Below, in pieces: positions 11,987 to 25,885 of a stretch of 64,000 nucleotides of DNA. This DNA is from Glycera tridactyla (lineage: Eukaryota). The notes beneath the pieces were generated by a model, which was not told the origin of the DNA, did not search any database, and saw only the letters and a program-made list of their open reading frames with translations. Both the position numbers and the translations under genes were made by a program. Where the stretch lies: the NCBI GenBank assembly GCA_965644265.1, contig OZ286459.1, positions 67,332,001 to 67,396,000 on the forward strand, given 5' to 3'. Position 1 is the first letter of the stretch. Every line of letters begins with the position of its first letter.

Positions 11987-12685
11987 TATAGTGAGAACAC
12001 ATTGAAATGTGAGGTGGTGATTCCCCCCCCCCCCCCCCCTCTTGAAAATGTTCTGAGTGGTTTGAAATGCACTGAGTAGTGCAAAACACGCAAGACCATA
12101 GGCTGAGTATGTTTCTTTAAACTTTCCACTACTAGTGATGAGCAGAACTCATTTGAGTGTTAAAAAATCAGATGAGCCTCATTTTATTCTCATATGATAC
12201 TGAATGAATTGCATCTTCCCCGATAGATGTGTACAAAAAGTGGTCCCTCAAAAGAGGTGCTCTCTTGTCAGAGGTATATTTAGTCAAATAGGAACACTGC
12301 CCTGGAAAAGTGGTCCATTGTCGGAGGTGGGCTCCCATTATGGGGTCTCTCATCGCAGTTTCTATTGTATCTGAAAGTGAGGAATATAGCTAGGTGGATA
12401 ACTTTGGTCAAGTCAGGGCTCATGATCAGTCCAGTGACATACCATAGCAATATTTATCACGTAGCAATACTATCAAGTAGTACCATCATGCAAAACAGGG
12501 GGAACTGCAAGTAAATTAGCTCAGAAGATAACAGGAATTATTAGTTTTGATCATCAGGCCTGCCAGATATTGTGCGTTCAAAATGTCCAAGATGTGTAAG
12601 TGAAATTGAATATGCACATGTTCCTCAACTGGCAATGCTGTTCAGCCCGAAAGCTTTTGTTTTGCCAGCCCCTCACCTCTACATA

Positions 12686-13805
12686 CAGTAAAACCTGTCT
12701 ATAGTGAAAAGTCATGGGCCAGATTTTTCTTTTCACTGTAGACAGGATTTCACTATATACAGGTCAATTATAGTGAAAACAAGAAATTTCTTCAAAAAGA
12801 AGAATGGTCTTCGATTTACTGCGGAGAGGTGGTAATTTAAAAGGGGAGAATCCATAAAGTGGCGATAGAGAGAGAGGGGGGCAGGAGGGACAGACAGATA
12901 GATAGATGAACAGACATTCAGAGAGAGATGGGGAGANNNNNNNNNNNNNNNNNNNNNNNNNNNNNNNNNNNNNNNNNNNNNNNNNNNNNNNNNNNNNNNN
13001 NNNNNNNNNNNNNNNNNNNNNNNNNNNNNNNNNNNNNNNNNNNNNNNNNNNNNNNNNNNNNNNNNNNNNNNNGTGATGGCCCCGGGATCGGCAGCCGCAT
13101 CATGTCAGGCTAGTGTACGCCCGCCGCCGATCTTCCCCGACCGCCTGTGACTTTCGAGGAGAGCCCGGGACCGCCAAGAATACGTGAATAGTCGATTCGG
13201 CAATCATCGGCTAGTGCTCGGGATCGTTCGGCTAGTGATCGGCTTATTTCAGCAATCTTCGGCCGCGAGATGTATTCTGGGATAAATCGGACGCTTTCGT
13301 GTATGCTCGGGATCGATCGGCTAGTGCTCAGCTAATTCTAACGATTCGACAATCTTCGGCCGTGAATAATTTATGCGAAAACACGCCCACTATTATGACG
13401 TAGCGGAAGGGCTTTCCCCGATGAAGGCGAAGTATTTCTCGCAGCGTGTCGCTTCATAACAAATATTTTTCTCTCTCAACGTTTTTACGCAGTCAAACTC
13501 TGACAATATCCAACTTTAGCGATGTTTCATGTAATAATTAATGTCGTGTACAAATTCCGCTCATTTCTCGAGCAGTTTCAGCTTTCTTCTTAGGATCGTT
13601 TACCTATCGCCGCTCACACATCGTTTGTATCTAACGATGTCAATCGGTCCACAAAATGGAAGATAGTAATGTCTAGATTGATTGGGAATCCCAGTCCGAA
13701 AACAGTACCGTCTCTGACGGAAAAAAGACGTTCAGGCCAGATTTCTCTTTTCACTTAAGACAGGATTTCACTGTGGACAGGATTACACTATAGCAGGTTT
13801 TACTG
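12686..13805 (+). mobile_element. Long family-B Tc1/mariner-derived non-autonomous element with CpG-rich interior (spans an N-gap)
   Basis: Left end TA|CAGTAAAACCTG and right end CAGGTTTTACTG|TA match the two halves of the 176-bp copy at 47120-47295. About 930 bp lie between them, including gap 12937-13072, so continuity is not proven. Confidence 0.65.
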
Positions 13806-15057
13806 TAATTACAAACTTAGAGACTGAGCCAGTATCACCATTCATTGACTGTAGAGTGATCTACCCTGGTGTAGTGCTCAAGTCTTGGCCACATGTGCAT
13901 CCCCCCCCCCCCCCAAACCTGGAAACTATCTGCGTACTGGTGCTTGGCAGTGCAAATTCCTGGCTTGGAAAGTATCGATGGGCTGTTTATCTGCAGCAGG
14001 CAACGTTGAATTGGCAGTTCCCCAGGGCCTAATTCAGGCTCCCCTGCTAGTCATCATTCACATAAATTATATTTCAGAATGTGTATATTACACAAAAAAC
14101 ATTAATGGATGTGACACTATGCCATTTTGGTAATACTAGTGAGCAAGTGGATGTAGGAAGTGGATCTTGAAATAGAGCACAAGTTTTCTCAAACAGGGAA
14201 AATGTGTGCACATTTCAGGCATATTTTCACAGTTTCCATGGCCTTTTGAATATATTTTTGTGCATCAAATTGAGTAATCTCAATTTCAAATCTGACCTAA
14301 ATTTAATGATTGTAAAGTGCAAAATGTGATGAGTGACATATCTAAATGTCAGCAAAAGTGGTCCCTCAAAGGGGGTCTCTCTGCAGGGAGATTCATCTGA
14401 GTGGGTCAAAAAGAAAAAAAAAACGGTCTTAGAATATGATCGGTCCGTTGGAGGGGGTCTCTCAACACAGATTTCACTGTATTACTATATAGGAATTGTC
14501 ATTGTCTTGCAATTGCATCATTTGAAATCATCAACAGTGCCATTCAGGGGAAGAATAAAAATGTAGTTTATGCAACATTCACTTGAATGCCTTTATATCA
14601 TCAGCTCTACCCGCATGAATGAAAGTGCCACAATATGATGTTTTAGAAATGGGAGGGTTTTTTTTGAGTGAGAATGAGCTCTCCCAGTTTGAATGTGGTC
14701 CTGATTGACATTCACTGTGGAGAGCACTACAATAGTATTGAGCAGTCAGTGCCTGACACGCCCAGCAGCAATGTCTGGCTGTCAAATGTTTGAATAAGGT
14801 TTGAATTTCAATTAATGCAATAGAGGAAGGATTGATGTTTTGGAAGGTCTAAAGTCTAGAATTTCCTGACAAGTTTGAATGTGCCTTTTGTACAGCCCGC
14901 ATATCAACAGTTCCTCGCACAGCAGCGGAGTAACTCTCTGCGAGCAAATGGTTATCAGGATGATGTACAGTCCTCGAGTGGGAGTGTTCCCATCTTATTC
15001 TCTTCAATCCAAATATTCCGAACATTTGATCATGTCACAGCATCATATTCCTCTCGA

Positions 15058-15672
15058 GTTGTATCATGTATTTCAAAGAAATCTTGAGTTAGCCATTGTA
15101 TCATATATTTCAAAGAAATCTTGAGTTAGCCATTGTATCATATATTTCAAAGAAATCTTGAGTTAGCCATTGTATCACATATTTCAAAGAAATCTTGAGT
15201 TTGCCATTGTATCATATACTTTAAAGCAATCTTGAGTTAGCCATTGTATCATATACTTTAAAGCAATCTTAAGTTAGCCATTGTATCATATATGTTACAG
15301 CAATCTTGAGTTAGCCATCGTATCATATATTTCAAAGCAATCTTGAGTTAGCCATTGTATCATATACTTTAAAGCAATCTTAAGTTAGCCATTGTATCAT
15401 ATACATTAAAGCAATCTTGAGTTAGCCATTGCATCATATACTTTAACGCAATCTTGAGTTAGCCATTGTATCATATATTTTAAAGCAATCTTGAGTTAGC
15501 CATTGTATCATATATTTCAAAGCAATCTTAAGTTAGCCATTATATCATATACTTTAAAGCAATCTTAAGTCAGCCATTGTATCATATACATTGAAGCAAT
15601 CTTAAGTTAGCCATTGTATCATATACTTTAACGCAATCTTGAGTTAGCCATTGTATCATATGCCTTGAAGCA
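15058..15672. repeat. Minisatellite, 37-bp unit, about 16 copies
   Basis: TCTTGAGTTAGCCATTGTATCATAT recurs at 15082, 15119 and onward. Confidence 0.95.
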
Positions 15673-17256
15673 ATGTCAGATGTGTGAATAATCATTTGCT
15701 TGTCAAATCTCTGCTGTCAACTTCCACATTATCCAATCTCCAGCATTTCATAGCATGCATCCTCTTGTTCACCAATCTTATGAGTAATCATCAATGTTTG
15801 TTCATGCACCAGTCAAATAATCGCGTTTATCCTCATATATCAGTATAGAACAGCAGTTTCACCATGTCATGAAGTGTGGGTTCTATGCGGAAGATGAGGT
15901 GAATATTTGTGTAAAACTAGAAGTAAAATAAAGTGAGAAATATCTCTATTGTATAAGGATGAGACTGCAAGAGCTCATAATTATCACAAGCTCATGTCAA
16001 GCACCCAAAGTCAAAAAGCAAGAGCATTATCAACACGGAACAGACAATTTTAGGGAGGAGCGAAAAGCAGTGAAACATAGCAATTTTTCATAAAAAGTTG
16101 GTTCCCGTGCATACTATTATGATTTACTCATTGAATAATATTTGTATGCGAGAAAACAGACTCTAAGTGCTATTATTCTGTGATCTCTCATGATTTAACA
16201 AGTCCATTACAGTATAAATCAGGTCACTTCAGGTGTATGGTCACTCCAGTATGGTTTTTTGGGTGTACCAGTGTGTAGATGTATGGTTAACTTTATATAT
16301 GGCATTCTTTGAAAGTCTCTTTCACTGTTTACTGTGCAACATAGAAGTTAAATCGAACTGTATACACACCGCAAAGAGTCAATGGAAGTCTGTGATAGTC
16401 AATCTACTCTGATGAGATTTTGTTCCTTCATTTACCAACGTGTATGTGACCTGCATAATATTACTTGCCATGAGAGTGGCATAGTACGCAGTTGAGTCAG
16501 CCATCTTGGTTCTATCACAAACAATCCAACAGTCATTTGATTATCGGATGGATTGATGATTTTGTATTGTGTAGTCTCACACAGTGCGCCTCAGTGCTCT
16601 TGGTATTTGGCAAGTTGATCTTCAGATTATTCTGTATCTGTGAAATGAGTCTTCGCAATCTTTGAAGAGGCTGGTAAACAAAATAGTGAATTGAACTTTG
16701 TTTGAGCATTGTGGTTGTGCATGTATTCATTCCTTTTCATAGAAGAATATTTACTGTCACACAGACCAATTTCTCTACAATTCTTAGATCATTAGACGCC
16801 AGATATATTCTCACACATATTTACTCTTAAAATGATCTTTTTCGAAACAGACTATGCATCAGTAAATGTCGGTACCAGGGAAGGTGCAGCACCGTTCATG
16901 CCGTCTCGCCTTCCTCTTGTAATAACATTAGCTGTAAGAGCCCGTCATTGTGACCATTGCTGGACTGATTGGATACTGTTAGCTGCTAACAAACGACAGA
17001 AGTGACACATGGTTAAGCAACAAAGCCCATCCCCAGCTGCCATCAGCTAATTGAATCTCCATCCAGTGTTTGGCTTCATTGTGCGCTCTGGCACAGAGTT
17101 TTAAATATCATTTTTTTCCGTCCAATTTTGAGGCTAAATACACCAACAAGCAAGGCAATCATGTGCTGCCTGCAAGTGAAAGAGGATCCTGGGAGGACAC
17201 AATACAGTCAATCTCAGACACCCACCCTCGAGAAATTTTGGGATGGGCATGATGTA

Positions 17257-17433
17257 CAGTAAAACCTGTCTTAAGTGAAAAGTCACGGGACCAAATTTTT
17301 CTTTCACTTAAGACAGGATTTTGCTTAGCGCAGGACAATTATAGTGAGAAAAAATCATCCGAGCAGACCGTGGGGTATGTGCTTAAGACAGGATTTTGCC
17401 TAGCGCAGGTTTACTCTCGAGCAGGTTTCACTG
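17257..17433 (+). mobile_element. MITE family C (related to B)
   Basis: TA|CAGTAAAACC...GGTTTCACTG|TA; near-identical to 34672-34848. Confidence 0.9.
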
Positions 17434-18188
17434 TACTCCTTTTTGTGCTTCTCACAAACCATCATGTCAGAAATGCCACCAAGAGCATTCATGGATTTTT
17501 GACCCGAAAAGTAAGGTCTAGAATGTTCCCATCACAACATATCTCTTCGCTGTCTCAATATCACTTAGTTGATGCTGACCAAATGGAGAACAGTTACTCA
17601 ATTAATCGATATCTAGGTAGACCAGCCATACATTTCGAACAGTATCTTTATGCTTTTTTAATGACTTTCTCCAACTTCCATTAATTAAGCATCATTGTAA
17701 TCACACAATACAATTGTGAAACCATGTCTGGATTATGCCAGGCTTATGCGCTGGTGGATGATGTGATTTGACTGTTGTCTGGTCAGTGTTACCACAACAG
17801 CAACAGTTGACGAAAAAAATCTAGTATGCTTGCATCATCATCACGCAGTTGCAAAAGTGCATCCTGAATCAGATGCGATCTACAGTCACTGGAGTAATCA
17901 TGACTCACATCTGTAGTTGATATGGATGATGGCAAATTTGTGTATCCTTTTGGGTTAGATTAGAGAAGTGCAAAGTAGACATTTCTCAAAACTCTACTTT
18001 CTAAAGGGTTATCATCTCCACATTTCTGGCTCACAATCTATGAGAGTCTGACTTTTCTTGGGAGACATTATTGTCAAAGCTATCCTTTTTGATGTGGATA
18101 TATATATACCTCTGATGTAAGACCATTTGTTTGAAAGACTGCTTTTCACTGATATCGAGGACGGTCTGCAATCACAGATGTCATTGTA

Positions 18189-18315
18189 CAGTCAAACCTC
18201 CTCTAAAGACCACCCTGAGCTGCAACCGTGGAAGTATTTTCATCAGTAAATAACCTCCCTATAAAGGCCACTTTTTGGTGCGACCGAAGGCGGTCTTTAT
18301 AGAGAGGTTAGACTG
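18189..18315 (-). mobile_element. MITE family A, reverse copy
   Basis: TA-flanked CAGTCAAACC/GGTTAGACTG; body is the reverse complement of 1249-1408; abuts a family-D half element at about 18120-18188. Confidence 0.85.
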
Positions 18316-19771
18316 TATTGTCAAAAACGAGGAAGACATCCAATATGATCTGAGCACTATATACTCTCCTTTCCTATGTTGTGCCTTTTATCAGTGGCAA
18401 GATTTCAATAAGCGTGAGATAGACATATTTGCTAGGAATGTGATGGTTAACATTAGCCAGGAATGGCTCACCAGTGCTGAAATCCAGTCATAAACTGTGG
18501 AATGGAGTGAGACAGAGGGCTGTGTTTACCATGTCACTGTCAGATAAACTATGTTCCGCCACTCTTTGTGAATATTGGACCAGCTGCTGTTGTAGGCTAC
18601 CACTGCATTGTTATGGAGATAACTGACATCTGATGTAAAGAGCAAAAATCATGTGAATGTCCATTATCAGCTTAATGTGTCGGCTATTTTTTTCTAGTTT
18701 GTATTCAGGAACTCTCACATAAATTACAGCTCTAATCATGCTTTTGCATGCCAGAAGCTGTTTTGTTCTCCATTCTCATTCAACATGCATCACTGTTCCA
18801 CTTTTTCGACAAAAAAAAGAAGCTTTGAAGTTTCCTTATCAGCTGAATTAATCATAAGCTCGTCATTGTGAAGAACATGGTATTTCCTCCGCAAATTCGC
18901 CAAATCACTGCAAAATTCGGGTTGTTATTCGGCTTTCGGGTCACCTGAGGATTGAGGGATACGTTGGAATACCAATTCATTTTATCATGTTTTATTCCAT
19001 GTCTTGAATCAGCTTTGTTCAGATAACCCTGAATTAGGTGCAATTCAGAACATCCTTGCAGATTTTTGTCCAGTTCCTTTCCAGTAGTTATAGCTGTGAA
19101 TCTCACTATGGTTGTGGGGAGATATTAGTCAGAGAGCTTTTTACTTCAGAGATCATGCAAACACGGCTCAATATGTCACTCAGCGAAAACTACTAGGTAT
19201 TATGGTCTAATTGTTAGTGGCAAAATCTTGTACCAACATCTTGACCCTGACATATGACTGACTTCAGTATTGACTTGGCCATTTTTCACTCTGAAAACTG
19301 CATTTATATGCCTCAGTGAGTTACCGTTACATATGTGGAGAAAAGAGTTCATGTGTGTGAGTATGTGTGTGCATATGTGTGTGGGTTTCAGGTTGGTACA
19401 TCACCGTGATACATGTATTGTACTCACAAGACACAGCTGTGTTTTGTGTGAATGAGAACAGGTTTTGAACCGATAACAGTTCACAACCGTTGCAGAGTGA
19501 AATAAACATCTGAACATAGGTAGCTTCAGTTGTTATGACTTTTCGGTTATAATAGTTACTTTGAATTTACTGTATATCAAAGCAGAAGGAATAACTTCAT
19601 GGGAACCTATTCTTTGCACAAATTCCTCTATAGCAGAGTATTGCTACCCTTATATGTGCCTGTGTCAGGTCTTTTTTATGAAATCAGTGTTGTTAAACAT
19701 GCTCCCAGCCATTGAGGCATGTGTCGAAATGCTGTGGCAAATGAACTATATTGGTTCTAAGTGTTCTAGTA

Positions 19772-19947
19772 CAGTAATACCTCTTTGTGAGACCCCTCTT
19801 TTGGGAGACTGCCCTCTTTTGAATGACTGCTCTTCATCATTCTTTCTTATTTGACATAGTCGAATATACGTCCTATGAGAGACCACCTGTCTTGAGAGAC
19901 TGCTTGTGAATGGCATTTGGGGCAGTCTCACAAAAGAGGTTTTACTG
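19772..19947 (+). mobile_element. MITE family D
   Basis: TA|CAGTAATACC...GGTTTTACTG|TA; body shared with 11811-11986 (CTTATTTGACATAGTCGAATATAC). Confidence 0.8.
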
Positions 19948-22358
19948 TATTCTGAATATATCGGTGTTCTCGTTGAAGTTGACCCTGTCTTGACAACTTG
20001 CTATCAACATGCAGTCATAATCCACATGAATTTCACTGCTGACTACACTGATGACATTATTGAACATATCTATATTAAAGTGACTACAATTTAGCCGGTA
20101 GGGTTAATAGTGCACCTACCAGTCAAGTGTCAGTGTAATTAATATGCTACAGCCTAGAAAAATAGAATCTTCAGGAGTTGGAATTGTTTGAGGATAATAT
20201 ATGATTAATAGTCCCTGCCTTGCAATCCATTAGCATTATTATTCTTATAAATCCCCAAAAGATCCGTGTTACACAGAATACAAGGGTATCAGCACTACCA
20301 GACCATGCAGAATTCAAACATTATTTGGAACAACTTTGTGTGGCTTAATGAAGTTATGTTAACACACTTATGCTGGTGAATGTTAGCTTTGTCATATTGG
20401 TATGTTTCGGCATATTCTATGCAGTAAACGGTTAGTCCGACTAGGTGAAGGGGGCAGCTGCCTTCTGATTTTCCGATTGAGTATTTTTCACTATAATTTA
20501 CCTGTATTAAGCAACCACCTATCTTGAGCAACCACTTTTTGGTTACTCAGAACTTGCTCAATACAGGTTCTACCATGCTTGCTTAGAGGTTGTCATTGTA
20601 TTAAAAGCATATGTGTTATTCCGTAGTATCAGACCAGTATCATCAAGCGTAGATTCTGCTTCAGGATGACATGTCTCATTGACTCGATGGAAGTATGATA
20701 CAAGTGAATGATGAATGGGGACTACGAAGTACATGTGGTGATGGTGGGATTGCAACACTCATCACAATCACACATTTTAACTGAACCGGGACAGGGGCCG
20801 CCACCTCCTCCCGCCACTCTGTCGGGAGTTGATCGAAAAGACAACAACACGTGACCCTCCCCAACTCCGAGATCATGTGCCGACACTACCTAGCATCGCC
20901 ATTAGCTTTGAATAAGGGAAGCAGTTGCATTCTAGAAAGCTCGCTTGCACGAACTTTTATCGCAGTGTGTATTCGTTATAATCTTCATCCATGAGGTTAA
21001 CTGAGAGAGCTGCGCAAATAAGGCAATCAGCCCTAATACTTTTAGAATGACGTCAAACCATTAGAATAAATATCTTGAGTAGAACATACTCTAAACCTCA
21101 ATGGGAATGACATTTATGGGTGCATTACAGTCATGGTCTTGGTAAGCGGAAGGGAGAGGGGACTGAGATAAATTTTGATCTCTCTTGAATATTGGCCAGA
21201 CAATATCAAACATGTGTGCTTCAAATTCCCAGCATTTTCAGTGAAACTCACCAGCAAGAGATGTCACACTTATTCAGTTAGGGCCTAATCATCAGTGAAA
21301 CTGCCCTCCTCCCCTGATATTCAGGTACACATGATTTTTAAAGAAATGACCAGAGACTATATCACAGGACTCGTGGGAGTCCCGACTCCATCAGCCTAAT
21401 GGAATGGCAAACTTCCCTATTATGCACTGGAGATTACAGTGGATTATACTTCACCCAGTCTTATGTGAACAGATTTGTCCAAATCTGGTTTCATCTATAG
21501 TTGGACCTATTTGTCCAAATTTGGCTACACCTATAGTTAAACCTGTCCTAAGAATGCACTCAAGGGAAGAAGTAAACGTGCATGCTTATAATAGGTGCAC
21601 AGATAGTGCAGGTGAATCAAAATGAAAATACACTGATGGGATGAATAGAACATGGTTGCCTAAAAAGGTTCTTGCTTAGCTTAGTGTATACAGCTTAGTG
21701 TAATTAGCACAGGTTTGACTGTATCTGAAATTGGAGCTCCCTAATTTGATCAGCGCCTACTCTGGAACGATCAGAAGCAATTTTAGAAAAATTGTTTGAC
21801 TAATTCTGTTGATCACTGATATACGGTACATTTGAATGTGTCTCCAGCATCGTGCTGTGAAGAACTTGAGTTAAGTTGAGTCAAGGACCATTCTTCAAGA
21901 AGCCAAAACACCCAGTACACCTGGCACTCCATCTGACTGTGGCTTCAGACAATCCCTAATGATCAATCTCTGATCGAAATAAGCCCCCCCCCCCCCAAAT
22001 CACCCGCCACATGAAATTGGAAACCCTCATTTCCAGATTGTGTGGATTGGGAGAGGGAATCCTCAAATTAAGGAATGTCCCCAGAAAATGAGGCTTTCCT
22101 CAACTGATTTCTATCATCCCAGATTGCGTTGTCTTCTATAGCCAAGATTGCATGGGAATTACAGAAATCCTGCACAGACAATCAATAGCATTTTATTCAT
22201 TCCTTTATTCATGATAGGAGTCATCCAAGAACATCCACCTCTCTCATATGCCTTGTTCCTCTGGCTCCTTTCAAGACGAGGGTAATGGACTTCATCATGT
22301 ACAGACTGGGTGTGTGTCAGACAATGTTTCAACCAGAGACAGGCTACATATCAGGCTG

Positions 22359-23563
22359 GCATCCTATGTAGTGGTGGTTAATCAGGAACCAGTCTTTAGC
22401 TAATATTTCTCCCTATACTGACTGTTGCATTGAGCATCCTATGTAGTGGTGGTTAATCAGGAACCAGTCTTCAGCTGATATTTCTCACTATACTGACTGC
22501 TGCATTGAGCATCCTATGTAGTGGTGGTTAATCAGGAACCAGTCTTCAGCTAATATTTCTCACTATACTGACTGCTGCATTGAGCTTCCTATGTAGTGGT
22601 GGTTAATGAGGAACCAGTCTTCAGCTAATATTTCTCACTATACTGACTGCTGCATTGAGCTTCCTATGTAGTGGTGGTTAATGAGGAACCAGTCTTCAGC
22701 TAATATTTCTCACTATACTGACTGCTGCATTGAGCATCCTATGTAGTGGTGGTTAATCAGGAACCAGTCTTCAGCTAATATTTCTCACTATACTGACTGC
22801 TGCATTGAGCTTCCTATGTAGTGGTGGTTAATGAGGAACCAGTCTTCAGCTAATATTTCTCACTATATTGACTGCTGCATTGAGCATCCTATGTAGTGGT
22901 GGTTAATCAGGAACCAGTCTTCAGCTAATATTTCTCACTATATTGACTGCTGCATTGAGCCTGCTATGTAGTGGTGGTTAATCAGGAACCAGTCTTCAGC
23001 TAATATTTCTCACTATACTGACTGCTGCATTGAGCATCCTATGTAGTGGTGGTTAATCAGGAACCAGTCTTCAGCTAATATTTCTCACTATACTGACTGC
23101 TGCATTGAGCATCCTATGTAGTGGTGGTTAATCAGGAACCAGTCTTCAGCTAATATTTCTCACTATACTGACTGCTGCATTGAGCATCCTATGTAGTGGT
23201 GGTTAATCAGGAACCAGTCTTCAGCTAATATTTCTCACTATATTGACTGCTGCATTGAGCATCCTATGTAGTGGTGGTTAATGAGGAACCAGTCTTCAGC
23301 TAATATTTCTCACTATATTGACTGCTGCATTGAGCATCCTATGTAGTGGTGGTTAATGAGGAACCAGTCTTCAGCTAATATTTCTCACTATACTGACTGC
23401 TGCATTGAGCCTGCTATGTAGTGGTGGTTAATGAGGAACCAGTCTTCAGCTAATATTTCTCACTATATTGACTGCTGCATTGAGCCTGCTATGTAGTGGT
23501 GGTTAATCAGGAACCAGTCTTCAGCTAATATTTCTCACTATACTGACTGAGCACTGCATTGAG
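22359..23563. repeat. Tandem array, 75-bp unit, 16 copies
   Basis: ATCCTATGTAGTGGTGGTTAATCAGGAACCAGTCTTCAGCTAATATTTCTCACTATACTGACTGCTGCATTGAGC; very homogeneous. Confidence 0.97.
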
Positions 23564-23989
23564 TAAACATTTATTCTAGCCCCATGAGTATTTGCCCAAC
23601 ACTGGGTTTGCTGTGTGCAATTTGTTTTGGGACTGAAGGATGTCTCCGCAGCGGAGGCAGTGTATAGCTCCTCAAAGATATAGCAGTTGTAAGCAGCTGC
23701 AGCCCCCAGATGTCTAAATGTTATACCCAGAAATGGTGGTTATCATTCCGCAGCAGCAAGAAGCTACACATCAATCTATCATCATCAAAGTGTGCTGATG
23801 GGTAATATCTACAGGAAAAATGTGATAATGTGACATATCTTCTTCATAATAGATGTAAAGATTATTCTGCCCATGTACATTGAGACCTGTATACGTGATA
23901 ACTCCATACACAGCTATTAGTACCAATGGTTTCTGTCTGAGGCAGACTGCTTGCATATTTTGTTCTGTGAAGTCTTGCTCTTTCGCTGA

Positions 23990-24330
23990 AGTCATTTCTT
24001 TTTCTCAGATGTATAAACCTATGAAGAGAATTATCTCAATTGATTGTGGTGTTGAATCAAGCACTAGTTTGATCATATCACATATTTAAGTTATAATATG
24101 TGGACTGTTTGTGTACATTTGCCATGAGCTATCGGCTTGCTTTTTCTGCATTTCTTGATTGTGAACTGTTTGCCACAAAAATTACACCGCAAAAGGATCC
24201 AGTGTAATTGAAGGCAATACTGGTTGAACAGAAAATGCATGGTCCATAGTAATGGCCTCATTAATCAAGGTATTGTTACCCTACCCTATGTGGATAATCT
24301 TACTGATGTTATTAGTGCATGAAGGAGCTT
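23990..24330 (+). pseudogene. Possible decayed Penelope-like fragment
   Basis: DV-KP(T)..NYLN-like and IVTLPYVDNLTDVI (cf. VxLPYVxGxSExI) pieces in the expected order. Confidence 0.25.
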
Positions 24331-25779
24331 CAATCCCCTTGAGTTGTAAACTGGTACAGCGCAAAGATGAGCAACTTGAAACAGACACAGTGACTGATGT
24401 CAACTGCGAAAATATCTATTTTTATTAGTAAAGTTGTGGCAGTTGTACATAAGAAAAAACACAATCCTACAGCACAATGATAATATTGCTGACTTGGTCA
24501 CTATCCCTCAAACATAAACCATTGATACTACCACTTCAGCTTGCTCCATGCAAATGGGTTCAAAAGCAGCAGTCAGTTGTACATGCGTGTATTGTACCTG
24601 TATGTATTGCGCACAACAGACATCCAAAATGGTCAGTGTAAATTAATTCTTTTTCAGATAAAGGTCATAGTCGCAGTAAAATTACCCAATCATTTCAGTG
24701 CTCAAAGATGCTATAGTCTATGTGATAAAACTCACAGTGACTACTCTCTTCATCTGTGTATATATATATACTGATATTTGCCTTTTTTTTTCATGTCCAT
24801 AAATATCTGATTGTTGTAGGTGAGTGTGACCTTGACCTAGAGGGACTGTTCATATTGTGAGAGTCATCCGTGGAACAGATGAATGGTGTGTCCTGCTGAA
24901 TGGTGATGTATGTTGCCTGCCAGTGCTACTGGTTTTTACACAAATACCAGATCAATATCTGGGCCGTACAAATATTTACCATTGCTTACTGTTTGGCAGA
25001 GAAGCACAACCAAATATGCAGCTAGATGTTTCAGAAATGCAAGCAGAAACAGAGATGATGTTTGCCTCATTGGCAGTGGCTTTATATTCTGTAGCATTCA
25101 AGCATTGGGTTGAGCATACAGACACTAATTGGCGATGATCACCTTACCCATATCATAATGATAACTCAAACTTCTGTATGAGGGGCGAGGTGATGCAATA
25201 TTTGTCAAAATCTTACAGTAGAATCTAAACATATCTGTCATGGTGCTGTGTGGACCTGAGATTTCTGAAAATATAATCAAACCTGTTCAAAGCCGCCTCT
25301 CTCCAGGAAGGCAAAAAGTGGCTGCATAGGGTTGCTGAGTGGCTTCTCTGGCAGGAAATTCAAAGCTGGCTGCTTAGTGCAGGTGGCTGCAAAGTACAGT
25401 GGCTGCTTAGTACAGGTAGGACTGTATCCATTGACTTCATTGGTTGAAGTGAGCAGTGAGCCACACCCCCCTGATGTGACACCTGTGACTTGCTTCACAC
25501 CCAGGCCTGCCTTCTTCCACTATTATTCCACTATTATCAACTTATTGTATTATGTTTATTGATAAAGAGAGCAGAACACATTTATCTCTACTATATATCT
25601 CTACTATCACGCTAGGAAATAGGAATACCCTGGATGTTACTCTACATATTACTAGAAGTCATAGGATGATTCATTTGAGCATATCACTGGCTTAACTCAT
25701 TCTTTATAAGTACATTGATGGACACTTGATGTTATGAATTTGAACAAAAGGTTGCAGCAGAATAAACAGACCTAGAGTC

Positions 25780-25885
25780 TGATTACATGAAGTTTTTACT
25801 GTTGAATTGCATGATTAATTGCTGTATGTCACCTATATTATATTATTATTATAATAAAACGTATTGTCATTGTCATTGTCATTGA
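25780..25885 (+). mobile_element. Probable LINE 3' terminus with (ATTGTC)n tail
   Basis: AATAAA followed directly by ATTGTC x3-4. Confidence 0.45.

Noticed and set aside
14875-15087. Protein-like ORF PAYQQFLAQQRSNSLRANGYQDD after a TTTTGTACAG acceptor
   Set aside because: No convincing donor, it runs into the 37-bp array, and no homology was recognised.
15058-15672. 37-bp repeats of CRISPR-like length
   Set aside because: Units are directly adjacent with no unique spacers, there are no cas genes, and the context is eukaryotic. The same applies to the 70- and 75-bp arrays.
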